From NCBI GenBank assembly GCA_030141605.1, contig JAQGDQ010000195.1:186001-250000 (forward strand): a stretch of 64,000 nucleotides of DNA, given 5' to 3'. Both the position numbers and the translations under genes were made by a program. Below, in pieces: positions 1 through 11,232 of this stretch; the first letter of the stretch is position 1; each line of letters opens with the position of its first letter. Source of the DNA: Tubiluchus corallicola (taxonomy: Eukaryota; Animalia; Priapulida). The notes beneath the pieces were generated by a model. The model was not told where the DNA came from, did not search any database, and saw nothing but the letters and a program-made list of their open reading frames with translations.

Positions 1-1220
1 AAATTCTTAATAAAATTTGGTTCTTGTTCTACTAACATGAAAAATCATGTTTATTGCAGTAACTTTTATTGCATGACCACGTGAAGGCATTTTTATAATT
101 ATACTCTTGTAAAACTAAGTGGGTCACACTGTTTCCATTTGCAAACTTTTTATGATATCAGTGCAAGAACAACAACTACTAACTTTGGATTAACATACTT
201 TGATATATTACGTTGTAAGTGCACATGCAGTTTGTACACTAGGTTAAACAATAGTGAAAACAATATTTGTAGAAGTATAATCAGTTCTGATTTAAGATTC
301 ACCTCTGACATTAGAGATATGTGGTGCAAAATTCTCTATCAAAGGTAATAAATTAGCCTAGATCTATATCCTCTACATACCTGGAGATAGTGTAGTGTCT
401 ATGCTTGGATAAACTTGTTATTTATTATCATTAATGAAATTTTGTAATTCTGCAATTATTTACGCATTTATTTATTTTCTTGTGTAATGTCTTTGTGTGA
501 TTTAGTGTAGTTATTGTTTGCTATGTATTGGATATGAACATTATGTTTGAAATCTAAATCTAATCATAATTCTTGTCTCATAAGCAGCACAAATTTGCCA
601 CTAGTACAAAGTAAGTTGACATTCCGCAGAATCTGTGATAACCATTCATTAGCTTCAAAGAAAATATAAGTACAAAATGAAATTGTGTTGCTTCTTTTTT
701 TACACGTTGGCAGCTGCCACACATAACACACTTGCATTATTTATTGTCTTAATATTCATGACTATGCGTCAGTGGAACCTCAACTCTTTGACCATCTGTT
801 AATACTTTTAACCCTTTTAACACTTCTAGAGCAAACAGACTGGCCATGTCATGTAACCAAAGGGATGTTGATGATGAATCTTTATTATTATACAATGGGT
901 ACAACGAGCCTCTATTTGCAGGCAGAAGCAATTTGAACGCCACTTAAACTTTATGCAATATGCAAAACTTTATGAAATACATGCAACAAAATATAGCGCT
1001 AGCAAAAATTAAAAGAAGTTCGATGAGTAAAATTATATCCCATATTACATTTCAACAGCTTTAACTACACAAAATTTAAGAAAATCAGAAGCTAATTAAT
1101 GTTTTCGTGTTAAATTACATTACAGTGATTAATGTTAATATTAGTTACCAAGGCTACACATAATAAATTCATCATTTACAAAATTTACAAAGCTGTGGAG
1201 CAACAAATCATTTTTGTAGT

Positions 1221-2583
1221 GATAAACGTCATTTATAGATCCAGTTGGAAGCTCATCTGGTAGTGCTTCGCGTTTAGCAAATATTCTGGAGTTTGAGCTT
1301 CCTCTAAGCAGTCGAACTTACAGATAAACGTCATTTATAGATCCAGTTGGGGCTCATCTAGTAGTACTTCACGTTTATTTTCCTGTACTTTAGGACAACT
1401 AAACAGGAAATGTTCTGGAGTTTGAGCTTCCTCTAAGCAGTAGCGCTTACAGATAAACGTCATTTATAGATCCAGTTGGGGCTCATCTAATAGCGCTTCG
1501 CGTTTAGCAAATGTTCTGGAGTTTGAGCTTCCTCTAAGCAGTTGCACTTACAAATAAACGTCATTTATAGATCCAGTTGGGGCTCATCTAAAAGCGCTTC
1601 ACGTTTAGCAAATTTTCTGGAGTTTGAGCTTCCTCTAAGCAGTTGCACTAACAAATAAACGTCATTTATAGATCCAGTTGGGGCTCATCTAATAGCGCTT
1701 CGCATTTAGCAAATTTTCTGGAGTTTAAGCTTCCTCTAAGCAGTTGCACTTACAAATAAACGTCATTTATAGATCCAGTTGGGGCTCATCTAATAGCGCT
1801 TCGCGTTTAGCAAATTTTCTGGAGTTTGAGCTTCCTCTAAGCAGTTGCACTTACAAATAAACGTCATTTATAGATCCAGTTGGGGCTCATCTAAAAGCGC
1901 TTCACGTTTAGCAAATTTTCTGGAGTTTGAGCTTCCTCTAAGCAGTTGCACTAACAAATAAACGTCATTTATAGATCCAGTTGGGGCTCATCTAATAGCG
2001 CTTCGCATTTAGCAAATTTTCTGGAGTTTAAGCTTCCTCTAAGCAGTTGCACTTACAAATAAACGTCATTTATAGATCCAGTTGGGGCTCACATCTAATA
2101 GCGCTTCGCGTTTAGCAAATTTTCTGGAGTTTGAGCTTCCTCTAAGCAGTTGCACTTACAAATAAACGTCATTTATAGATCCAGTAGGGGCTCATCTAAA
2201 AGCGCTTCACGTTTAGCAAATTTTCTGGAGTTTGAGCTTCCTCTAAGCAGTTGCACTAACAAATAAACGTCATTTATAGATCCAGTTGGGGCTCATCTAA
2301 TAGCGCTTCGCATTTAGCAAATTTTCTGGAGTTTAAGCTTCCTCTAAGCAGTTGCACTTACAAATAAACGTCATTTATAGATCCAGTTGGGGCTCATCTA
2401 ATAGCGCTTCGCGTTTAGCAAATTTTCTGGAGTTTGAGCTTCCTCTAAGCAGTTGCACTTACAAATAAACGTCATTTATAGATCCAGTAGGGGCTCATTT
2501 AGTAGTGCTTCGCGTTTATTTTCCTATACTTTAGGACAACTAAACAGGAAATGTTCTGGAGATTGAGCTTCCTCTAACAGTTG
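1221..2583. repeat. Tandem satellite, 101-bp unit, ~13 copies, with a 3-mer (~303 bp) higher-order pattern
   Basis: Unit CAAATAAACGTCATTTATAGATCCAGTTGGGGCTCATCTA...GCAGTTGCACTTA recurs at 1551, 1652, 1753, 1854 etc. Diagnostic variants cycle A-B-C three times. Copies at ~1321 and ~2461 are ~29 bp longer. Confidence 0.97.
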
Positions 2584-3154
2584 CAAATAGGATCACAGTC
2601 ATACCAAGTCTGCACAGAAATTCCTCAAACTTTCCATGGCCTGTCTAGAACATCATTGAAATTGTTTGCGTCTGCCTTCCAAAATCATCTAGCGGCAAAT
2701 TGGACGTGCAGTAAATCCTTTGCATTACCGGATATCCTTGTAGTTGAGCACTGGTGTGCACCGTACTTTGTCAAAGATTACATTCAAACGAGTCAACCGC
2801 TTTCTTCATGTATAAACTAATTCAGTAGAAGTGTTTTTCAATGGGGCATTATAGGTTCTCTCAGCTGGGGAATATCTCAGGTAATTTTTCACATGATTTA
2901 TATGATTTCCAAAAAATGTTTACGAACCTGTGGATGATTCAAATTGTCTATTCGGAAAATTTCTTTCTTCAAGAGCTCATTTTCGTCACAACTCAGACAT
3001 TTTAGCAGAAATTCAACAGCATGTTTTGCACCTGGCCCAATATTAAGAGAGAAAGACAGCAAATTGTTTCGAGTTTATCTCTGGCTGGAGAAAAACCAAC
3101 AAGGGTAGTAACTTTCATCATCATGCAAAATATCCTTGAAATAGCTAATGTTAT
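2480..3154 (-). mobile_element. Decayed non-LTR retrotransposon (R1/LOA-like) ORF2 C-terminus
   Basis: Minus-strand translation with two 1-bp frameshifts gives TGHGKFEEFLCRLGM..DPICNC(L)EEAQSPEHFLFSCPK, matching the LTGHG..YL.R.G...C.C......EH....CP zinc-knuckle end of R1-type LINEs. Many stops. Interrupted by the BEL element. Confidence 0.65.
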
Positions 3155-3581
3155 TGTTGTGAACAGAAAGCCTTCACTATTTGATTCATGCTCCAAAGTC
3201 GTTTATTCTAAACAGAATAATAAAAAGAACATTAACAAGTAAGAAAATGAATAAAATGATAAACTGAAGCTCAGTAATTACAAAGAAGTCAACTTATTGG
3301 CAAAGTACTTTCTCAAACTTGAGAGATTGAATTCACAACTTAATTAAATTATTTAAATTGATGTAACTCACATCGTTGGCTCTTCGTCAAGATTTAAAAT
3401 TTCTCAAGGTACAAAATTCGGTTATGACTAAACGATGTTATTAAATGTAACACAATAACGACAAAAACATTGCTGTGATCAAAAACACGACCACCATTGT
3501 TCCCCTCCTGTCCTTTCCTCCTCACTCGTAGAGGGCAGCACCTTCCAATACATAGGTGTCGTTATGCATATTGCCGTTACA
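3155..3581 (-). repeat. 3' LTR of BEL/Pao element
   Basis: 427 bp; no difference from 10806-11232 found by eye; adjacent to PPT. Confidence 0.97.
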
Positions 3582-3591
3582 CTCCCCCTCT
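3582..3591 (-). promoter_or_regulatory. Polypurine tract (plus-strand primer)
   Basis: Minus strand AGAGGGGGAG directly abutting the 3' LTR. Confidence 0.9.
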
Positions 3592-3638
3592 AAAATGCGA
3601 ACTCACAAAGCATTTTACCAAAAATTTCCAGTAAGCAG

Positions 3639-6600
3639 TTAGTCGGCACCCTCTAGAAGACAGAGCTTGTGAATGGGGCGCTCTAAAAATCCAGCTTTCA
3701 CTTTAAGTGTAGCACTTCTCACTAACCCGTCTTCGCCTACATGAACTTGCTCTACCTTTCCCAGTGGCCACAGATTTCTGGGTGTGGTCTCCTTCACAAG
3801 CACCACATCATTGATTTTGAGATTTCTTTTTGGCACAGTCCACTTGTTCCGTTGCTGTAAGGATGACAAGTACTCTCTGGTCCATCTGCTCCAAAAGACA
3901 TTCACTAAGTGTTGAATGTGTCGCCACTTGCGTCTGTAACGATCAGACTCAGAAAACACTCCTCGTGGCAGTGAGGCAGCATTGTGAGCTAAAAGCAGAT
4001 GATTTGGTGTCAATGGTTCTGCATCCTTTGGATCATCTGAAATCGGCGTTAACGGCCTTCCATTAATTATTGCCTCCGTTAAACAGAATACAGTGGATAA
4101 TCCTTCATCATCAAGGGTCTGTCCATCTAAAAGGTGGACCAATATCCTTCTGACTGATCTTATCATCCTTTCCCAACAACCTCCCATGTGTGAAGCAGCT
4201 GGTGGATTGTACTCCCACTCTATGTTACGTTGATGTAGCTGACTAGTGATGTTCTGATGGTTCCAGCCTAACATAGCTTTTTGAAGCTCCCTGTCTGCTC
4301 CAACTATGTTTGTCCCATGGTCCGACCTGATCACATTTGGCTTTCCCCTCCTGCTAATAAATCGGAAGAGGGCATTAACAAAGCTATCAGTGGTCATGTC
4401 AAAAAGAACTTCTAGATGAATAGATCGTACTGCCATGCACGTAAATAAACATCCATATCTCTTAGCAGATGTGCGCCCTCTCTTTACCCAAAAGGGCCCA
4501 AAACAATCTACCCCCACCGAGGAGAATACTGAATCTCTTGAAACCCTATCGCTGGGTAAGTCAGCCATCTTTTGGCCCAGCGTGGGTGCATACAAATGTC
4601 TGCACCTGCGACAGTCCTTTATAACCTTTCTTGCGATAGTTCTCAGTCCAATGATCCAAAACTTGCCTCTGACTACAGACATAGTGTAATTGCATCCAGC
4701 ATGGCAGTTTTCCTCATGGTAGTGTCGGACAACTAGGCGAGAAAAAACATGGTCTTTTGGCAGTATTATTGGGTGCTTAGCTTGTTTAGCTAAAGGAGCT
4801 TTGGCTAGTCTGCCTCCAACTACCAATATGCCTTTATCTGATTTCTGAGGGTCCAATTGATACAAATGACTGGTTTTGAGTACATTCTGTCCCGTGAGCT
4901 CTTCTTTGAAGTGTATGTACTGCACATGTCTAATGATTTCTTCCTCAGCCTCCATTAGTTCCTTCAAAGAAAGGGCAGCGTGCTTTGACATAGTACGGAC
5001 CCTCTTAAGTACTTTGTCTCTCAACAATCGTTTCAGACGTAGGAGATAAGCTACACATCTTTTTAGCCGATGCAGATTTGAATAATGCTCACACAACATG
5101 TCGATGACATTATCATCCTTTTCTACTGCTTTAGACGTGTAGACCACCATAGGACTTTTCTTAATTTCAGAATCATCTGAGACATCTTTGCCTTTGATAC
5201 TATCACCGATCTTTGGCCATTGCTCTCGCTTGCCTTTCAGAAATGTGGGGCCATTTATCCACCTGCTTTCCTTCACCAGATCTAATGCTGCAATTCCCCT
5301 TGTTGCATCATCTGCTGGATTGTCTGCTCCTGGTAGGTGATGCCATTGTTGTGGTGAAGTTAGTTCCTGAATGACAGCCAAACGATTAGCAACAAAGGTT
5401 TTATACCTTGCAACTTCATTATTCAAGTAGCCTAATACTATTGAGCTGTCCGTCCAGAATATGGATTCATCAATGTGCATGTTAAATTCCTGTCGTAACA
5501 TGTGATCTACTCTAGCTGATAGCATGGCTGCAGAAAGCTCCAGTCTGGGAATTGTCATACCCCTCATAGGTGCCAAGCGTGATTTGCCCAAGATGAAGGA
5601 GACATGTACTTTTCCATCGTTGTTCTCGAATCGCACGTAGGACACTGTTCCAAAGGCAACTTCTGATGCATCACTAAAATGATGCAATTGAGTGTTATTT
5701 ACGGTCCCAAAATGCTCTGGTTTCAAGCAACGAGCTACCTTCATGTTTTCCAGTGTCATAAGCTCTTCTTGCCAAACTTTCCATTTTCTGGCAGTGTGCT
5801 CTTCCAGGGGTTCATCCCATGCCTTTCTTAGGCGGGTTTCTTCCTGAAACATAAGCTTGGCACGGAGAACAAAAGGAGAAATTATGCCTGCAGGATCATA
5901 AACTGATGACACCACACTTAGTAGGCCACGGCGAGTCAATGGTTTTTGTCTTTGGTTTACATGGATTTTGAACTGATCAATTTCCATGTCCCAGAAAATT
6001 CCTAAGGCCCTTTCTACTGGCAAAGTATGTGCTTCTAGATCCAGATTCTTAACACCTTTGCCCCGCTCCTCTTCTGGGATGGACTCAAGGACACTTCTAC
6101 TGTTGTTGCACCACTTAGTTAAACGAAAGCCACCTCGAGCCAATAGATCAGTCAGTTTTTGACGCATGTGCTTGGCTTTCTCTTCATTTACAGTTGAGGT
6201 TAGGCAATCGTCAACATAGAAGTCTTTCAGCAGTGTCTGAATTATGTTTTCATCATACAAATGCCGGTTATGCTTTGCAACGCTTTGGAGTGCAAAGGCT
6301 GCAACATTTGGACACCATATTCCACCGAATGTGTGAACAGTCATTCTGTAGACCTTTGGTTCCGTGTTTAAACAACCATTTTCCCACCATAAAAATCTAA
6401 GGACATCGCGATCCTCTGCAGGCACCTTCACTTGGTGAAACATGCATTCAATATCAGCCATCAAAGCTATTTGGTTTTCTCTAAATCTAAGCAAAACACC
6501 GATCAGTTTATTTGTTAAAACAGGACCCTGCATAACGTTCCTATTTAGAGTAGTACCTGCGAATTGAACTGCACAATTAAAGACGATTCTCGTTTTATCT

Positions 6601-8810
6601 GGTTTGTTTGTATTTCTGACTGCAAAATGGGGCAAATACCATATCTTTCCAGGTCTTCCATTAACACCTTTGGCATTTATTTCCTCAGCATAACCCTTAT
6701 TCAGCTTATTTGAGATTTCTGCAGTATACTTCTCTAGCAATGCATTGTCCCTTTGTAACTTGTTCTTGAGCCCCTGCAGCATAGACTGTACCACAGGTAA
6801 ATTGTTTGGAAGCTCAGGATTCTCACTTCGGAATGGTATGGGCAATTGATAGTGATTATCCTCAGTTAGGGTTACTGAATCCTCCCACAATTTGATCACC
6901 TTGACATCTTCTTTGGAATAATGATTTTCGTCTTCACACATTTCCATCTGCCAAAACTGGGCGACAATGCTGTCAAGATCTGCAGTGGCTTGGACATAGT
7001 TACTGATGATTGCTTTGCTGCTTGTGTACCCTATTGGCCCATTAAGAGCCCACCCTAGTATAGTCCTGGATGCCCAAGGAGCTCCTCGTGGCCCTGTTCT
7101 GACCTCTAATGGAATCATCGCGATAGGCACATCCTGACCAATCAAAAGCCCCACTTCAGGTTCTCCCAAACCGCCAGAGGTCAATGGTATGTCCTGCAAG
7201 TGTGGCCATTTTTTTAGGTCTTTCAATTCTGGCAGAGTTTCTCCCTTTAATCTTAGCGAAGGTCTGGTGTACACTTCAGGAAGCGTTATGCATTCATCTT
7301 TTTCCATGCTCATCACTTGCAAACTCACCACCTTGGCTGTAAATTCGCTATTTTCCCTTTCCAAAGTAGTCAGTGATAAGGCAACATCCTTTCCATCTAC
7401 GCCCAATTTAGCGGCTAGCTCCTCAGTGCAAAATGTATTTGTGCTACCTGAATCCAAGAAAGCCAGAGTCTCGAGTGGCATTCTTTGTTTTTGAGATTGT
7501 ACAAGAACCTTTACAACGGGTAAAATAATCCTTTTGCGCACTGTATATCTTTCAACATAACCATTTTGGACAGAACACTTGCTGCTAGCTTCTCTCATAT
7601 CGCTATCTTCATCATCCTGCCTGCCTTGCTTAAATTTACTCAGGTGTAAGAAAGTGGAATGGCTTCTTTGACAGACATTGCATCTTTTGCTCATACGACA
7701 CTCATAGCTGCTATGATTGGGCTTTAAACATTTAAAGCAAAGTCTCTTCTCTCTGGCTAGCTCCAGTCTTTCTTCAGGCTTCATGGCATTAAAGTCTGCA
7801 CATTCAGTTATAAAGTGTTCACCAGTGCAAATGCTACACGTAGATCTCTTCGATTCGCCTGCTATTTTAGATAAAAAACTTGTTTGGTAACTTGCTTTAG
7901 CATCCTTTCTTGTTGTGAGTTTCTGGGTTTCCTTTCTTTCTCGGTCGATATATCCTAAATTCCCAAAAACTGGATCATTTGCCTCTAAAGCTGCTGTTTC
8001 CACAAAATGAACTACATCATCAATCGTTGGACTCCTTTCTTGGCTCATTCTAATTTTATATGCCTCTGTCTTCCACCTTGTTTGGAGATAAATTGGGAGT
8101 TTCTCAAGTATACACAAAAGATTTGTTTGGTTATTTATTTCTTCTCTTTTGTTAATACTGCCCAGTATTCCTTGAGCCATTCTCAAGTCATCTGCAAAAT
8201 GCATTAATTCTTCTCGGCCCTTAACAGCCTTCGTTTCTCTAATCTGTGTTAGCCAAGATTCAACTATGTTGTAAGAATTCCCAAACCGCTCATAAAGCAT
8301 CTTCTTCGCCTTTGCGTAGGCCTCATTAGGAGGCATGAGCAAGCAGCTTTCCACCACCTTTCTTGCTCTTCCTGTACAATAATGTAGTAAGCGCAGAAGA
8401 TTGGCATGATTATCTACAGAAACTCTCTCTACTGCATGTTCAAAAGTCTTTATAAACAGATGAAACTTTAATGGGTCTCCATCAAAATACATCATCTCCA
8501 CCTTAGGCAAGCTTGCACTTTCAGAATTTATTTGCCGACTTATTTCTCCTGTGTGTGTTTTGTTTCCTTCGCTGTGAGCATGACATACATCGTCACATCT
8601 ATTGTCACAACCACAACATCGTGTTGAGATTGGTGCACTTCCTTGAGATGAATGATTTGGCTGTCTCACTGCTTCTTCACACATTTCAACCCACCGCTTT
8701 GTCTCATCCCTTTTATATGCAAGCAAAGATGGGAGTTCCTTCTTTTCTTCTTCTTCTACTTTCTCATCGACTTCAAACTTGGCGAGCACCCTTTCTTCAG
8801 CTTCCAGCAT
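3639..8810 (-). CDS. BEL/Pao gag-pol polyprotein (1723 aa from ATG 8810)
   Basis: Gag-like region (FDGDPL), three Cys/His knuckles (CSIC..H..C, CFKC..H..C, CNVC..H...LH), aspartic protease FLDSGS, RT YVDD, RNase H FSDAS and IPRLEL, integrase HHCC and DDE (VGVDCFGP, SDHGTN, WERMIRS), C-terminal RPIHKLCLLE typical of BEL. Confidence 0.97.
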   Translation of the reverse strand: MLEAEERVLAKFEVDEKVEEEEKKELPSLLAYKRDETKRWVEMCEEAVRQPNHSSQGSAPISTRCCGCDNRCDDVCHAHSEGNKTHTGEISRQINSESASLPKVEMMYFDGDPLKFHLFIKTFEHAVERVSVDNHANLLRLLHYCTGRARKVVESCLLMPPNEAYAKAKKMLYERFGNSYNIVESWLTQIRETKAVKGREELMHFADDLRMAQGILGSINKREEINNQTNLLCILEKLPIYLQTRWKTEAYKIRMSQERSPTIDDVVHFVETAALEANDPVFGNLGYIDRERKETQKLTTRKDAKASYQTSFLSKIAGESKRSTCSICTGEHFITECADFNAMKPEERLELAREKRLCFKCLKPNHSSYECRMSKRCNVCQRSHSTFLHLSKFKQGRQDDEDSDMREASSKCSVQNGYVERYTVRKRIILPVVKVLVQSQKQRMPLETLAFLDSGSTNTFCTEELAAKLGVDGKDVALSLTTLERENSEFTAKVVSLQVMSMEKDECITLPEVYTRPSLRLKGETLPELKDLKKWPHLQDIPLTSGGLGEPEVGLLIGQDVPIAMIPLEVRTGPRGAPWASRTILGWALNGPIGYTSSKAIISNYVQATADLDSIVAQFWQMEMCEDENHYSKEDVKVIKLWEDSVTLTEDNHYQLPIPFRSENPELPNNLPVVQSMLQGLKNKLQRDNALLEKYTAEISNKLNKGYAEEINAKGVNGRPGKIWYLPHFAVRNTNKPDKTRIVFNCAVQFAGTTLNRNVMQGPVLTNKLIGVLLRFRENQIALMADIECMFHQVKVPAEDRDVLRFLWWENGCLNTEPKVYRMTVHTFGGIWCPNVAAFALQSVAKHNRHLYDENIIQTLLKDFYVDDCLTSTVNEEKAKHMRQKLTDLLARGGFRLTKWCNNSRSVLESIPEEERGKGVKNLDLEAHTLPVERALGIFWDMEIDQFKIHVNQRQKPLTRRGLLSVVSSVYDPAGIISPFVLRAKLMFQEETRLRKAWDEPLEEHTARKWKVWQEELMTLENMKVARCLKPEHFGTVNNTQLHHFSDASEVAFGTVSYVRFENNDGKVHVSFILGKSRLAPMRGMTIPRLELSAAMLSARVDHMLRQEFNMHIDESIFWTDSSIVLGYLNNEVARYKTFVANRLAVIQELTSPQQWHHLPGADNPADDATRGIAALDLVKESRWINGPTFLKGKREQWPKIGDSIKGKDVSDDSEIKKSPMVVYTSKAVEKDDNVIDMLCEHYSNLHRLKRCVAYLLRLKRLLRDKVLKRVRTMSKHAALSLKELMEAEEEIIRHVQYIHFKEELTGQNVLKTSHLYQLDPQKSDKGILVVGGRLAKAPLAKQAKHPIILPKDHVFSRLVVRHYHEENCHAGCNYTMSVVRGKFWIIGLRTIARKVIKDCRRCRHLYAPTLGQKMADLPSDRVSRDSVFSSVGVDCFGPFWVKRGRTSAKRYGCLFTCMAVRSIHLEVLFDMTTDSFVNALFRFISRRGKPNVIRSDHGTNIVGADRELQKAMLGWNHQNITSQLHQRNIEWEYNPPAASHMGGCWERMIRSVRRILVHLLDGQTLDDEGLSTVFCLTEAIINGRPLTPISDDPKDAEPLTPNHLLLAHNAASLPRGVFSESDRYRRKWRHIQHLVNVFWSRWTREYLSSLQQRNKWTVPKRNLKINDVVLVKETTPRNLWPLGKVEQVHVGEDGLVRSATLKVKAGFLERPIHKLCLLEGAD

Positions 8811-8828
8811 TTTAATTTCAGTTTGTTC

Positions 8829-9488
8829 TTACAATTCGCTCATTTTCATTTGATACAATCGCTGCTCCTTTTCTGCCTTTGCTCTTCTCTGATATTCACA
8901 AAGCTCAAGGTTTCTCATCTTTTCCATGATGGATGCCTTTGCTTGTAAAGCGGCTCTTTTTGCTGCTACCATGGCCCGTGCACTGGCAACACTGCTTACG
9001 CTTTTATAGCTGAGCTTTCCGCTACTCCCAGCAATGGAATGGTTGTCTTTACTATGTGACTGGTCGTGTTCATCCTGGATGGGTTTTAGACAAGAATTTA
9101 TTTTTGCGTGCATTTCATTAACGTTTCCCATGACAAATTTATATCCCTCTCGCATCTTAGCAATCTTATCAGGGTTTCCATTACATTCCCTAACAGCTGC
9201 GTAACAATCTTCAAAGGAATTTTTGTAGTCTGTAACGATATTTTCTAATTCAGCTTGCTTTAAAAGGAGCTCATCTTGCTTCCATTCTTGTAGATTTTTC
9301 ATCAAGTAATTTATCTTTTTTGTTAATCGACCCTGCTGTGTACTTAGTCTTCTTTTGCATTCTTGTAAATATGCTGGGCAATCGTCACCCCCTAATGTTT
9401 GCTCCTTGTCGCCTTGTTCAACTGACTTTTCGAAGCCAATTGCCTCGGCTGAGAGATCAGCTTTTGGCTTGAAGAGATCCTTTTCCAT
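8829..9488 (-). CDS. N-terminal coiled-coil gag segment of the BEL element, same frame as the polyprotein, ended by a single TAA
   Basis: First ATG at 9488. ...QMKMSEL*EQTEIKMLEAEERV continues in frame into the long ORF. Ser-rich then helical A/E/K/R-rich stretch resembles BEL gag N-termini. Confidence 0.8.
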   Translation of the reverse strand: MEKDLFKPKADLSAEAIGFEKSVEQGDKEQTLGGDDCPAYLQECKRRLSTQQGRLTKKINYLMKNLQEWKQDELLLKQAELENIVTDYKNSFEDCYAAVRECNGNPDKIAKMREGYKFVMGNVNEMHAKINSCLKPIQDEHDQSHSKDNHSIAGSSGKLSYKSVSSVASARAMVAAKRAALQAKASIMEKMRNLELCEYQRRAKAEKEQRLYQMKMSEL

Positions 9489-10805
9489 ATTTTGTCTGTT
9501 GTCGTTGTGCACTTAAAACCTGCTCATTCTGCTTTGTTACCAAGCAACATTAACATAAGCTATATGATACACACTACATAAGCATTAAAAATTACAATCC
9601 TATTGTACTTAAATGTACATGTATCATTCTAAAGCTATAGTTGCTATTTGTACTTAAAACTTATCAGACGCTTAAATATGAGGCATAAATCCTAAGTTTC
9701 ACCAAAGTTATTCAAACTGTCATTAAATACCCGGATTCTACGTGCCGGTAAACATACAAACATACAGACAGCGTGTATCAGCAAACCTATGGCCTTAATA
9801 TGTAGACAAGAACTTTACCACAGATCTCACACTTTAACATAAATCGTGGCTTGGTATAGCAGCAGTTCACTTACCATGTATTAATGTTATACCGATTAAA
9901 GAAAACGTAATTATTAAATTAAACCCCATATTGCAAATTAGTTCAACATTCAACCATGCTTTCTGTTGAGCTTTCACAGGCTTAGGATAATGCTTGATTA
10001 AGCATTGTAGATTATGTTGGGTAACTTAGTAGATTTTCGAATTTTTTAAGCAGGTACAGCACGGTGTAAATTTTGTCAAAATGAGCAGTCGATTCAGAGT
10101 TGTTCACTGAAAACATTTGACACAACGCAAACATTGCATAATATCATATTTTCGAACTTCAATAAACTGTACACAATAAGTGCTATATCTTTAACTTGCT
10201 TCGATTAGATCAGCTGATGCACGGCAGCGTGGGAGTTTACTACTTGGCTGGATTCCAGCAAGTCTGTTTACATTCGCCGTATCTGTTGCGGTTCATGCTA
10301 CTAGTTCCCAGGGCTCCTTAGTTGAAGCTGCATATCATTGGAAGACAATCGCGTGCGCTGTAGCTCGATGAAGGTTCACTGGGAGTCAGGTTCGCCCAGA
10401 GTACGTTTCTTCCTGACCTCTGCAAGGTCGCCTGCGTCACAGGCTTGTGTTCGATATTGATTGGTTGCTCGCTGTACGGCATTCACTACATTTACTACGT
10501 CGCACCGGTGTGTAAGATGCTGATTGGCTGTTCGTCTGGACAGTGAAGCAGGTTACGAGGACTGCCTGTAAAATGTTGCTGGAAGAGTAATTTTCAAGGC
10601 TTAGACAGCTTTTTACTGACGATTATTGTCTTTTCAGGCAATGATCTATTGTCCAAAATTATGCCACCAGGTTCTCTGGTATCTGGCCTCCTCGTCTACT
10701 ATAATACTGTTTCTCGTAACACTGGCATAACAAATAGATTTATTCGCAAATAATGATAGAATATTGAAGTGTACTACAGCCATGGTGGAAGAGCCGATAA
10801 TAAAC

Positions 10806-11232
10806 TGTTGTGAACAGAAAGCCTTCACTATTTGATTCATGCTCCAAAGTCGTTTATTCTAAACAGAATAATAAAAAGAACATTAACAAGTAAGAAAATG
10901 AATAAAATGATAAACTGAAGCTCAGTAATTACAAAGAAGTCAACTTATTGGCAAAGTACTTTCTCAAACTTGAGAGATTGAATTCACAACTTAATTAAAT
11001 TATTTAAATTGATGTAACTCACATCGTTGGCTCTTCGTCAAGATTTAAAATTTCTCAAGGTACAAAATTCGGTTATGACTAAACGATGTTATTAAATGTA
11101 ACACAATAACGACAAAAACATTGCTGTGATCAAAAACACGACCACCATTGTTCCCCTCCTGTCCTTTCCTCCTCACTCGTAGAGGGCAGCACCTTCCAAT
11201 ACATAGGTGTCGTTATGCATATTGCCGTTACA
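10806..11232 (-). repeat. 5' LTR of BEL/Pao element
   Basis: 427 bp direct repeat of 3155-3581, followed by TSD GTTAT. Confidence 0.97.

Larger units (their letters stand above)
3155..11232 (-). mobile_element. Full-length BEL/Pao LTR retrotransposon (8078 bp)
   Basis: Two 427-bp LTRs (TG...CA), 5-bp TSD GTTAT at 3150-3154 and 11233-11237, polypurine tract next to the 3' LTR, gag-pol ORF with domain order PR-RT-RH-IN. Confidence 0.98.

Noticed and set aside
749-943. 64-aa minus-strand ORF as a missing EMG1 exon
   Set aside because: No similarity to the EMG1 C-terminus in the frame read.
1221-2583. Regular repeats as a CRISPR array
   Set aside because: No unique spacers; whole units repeat; eukaryotic context.
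8829-9512. Upstream ORF as an env or accessory gene
   Set aside because: Lies 5' of and in frame with gag-pol; no signal peptide or TM segment; no ORF between integrase and the 3' LTR.
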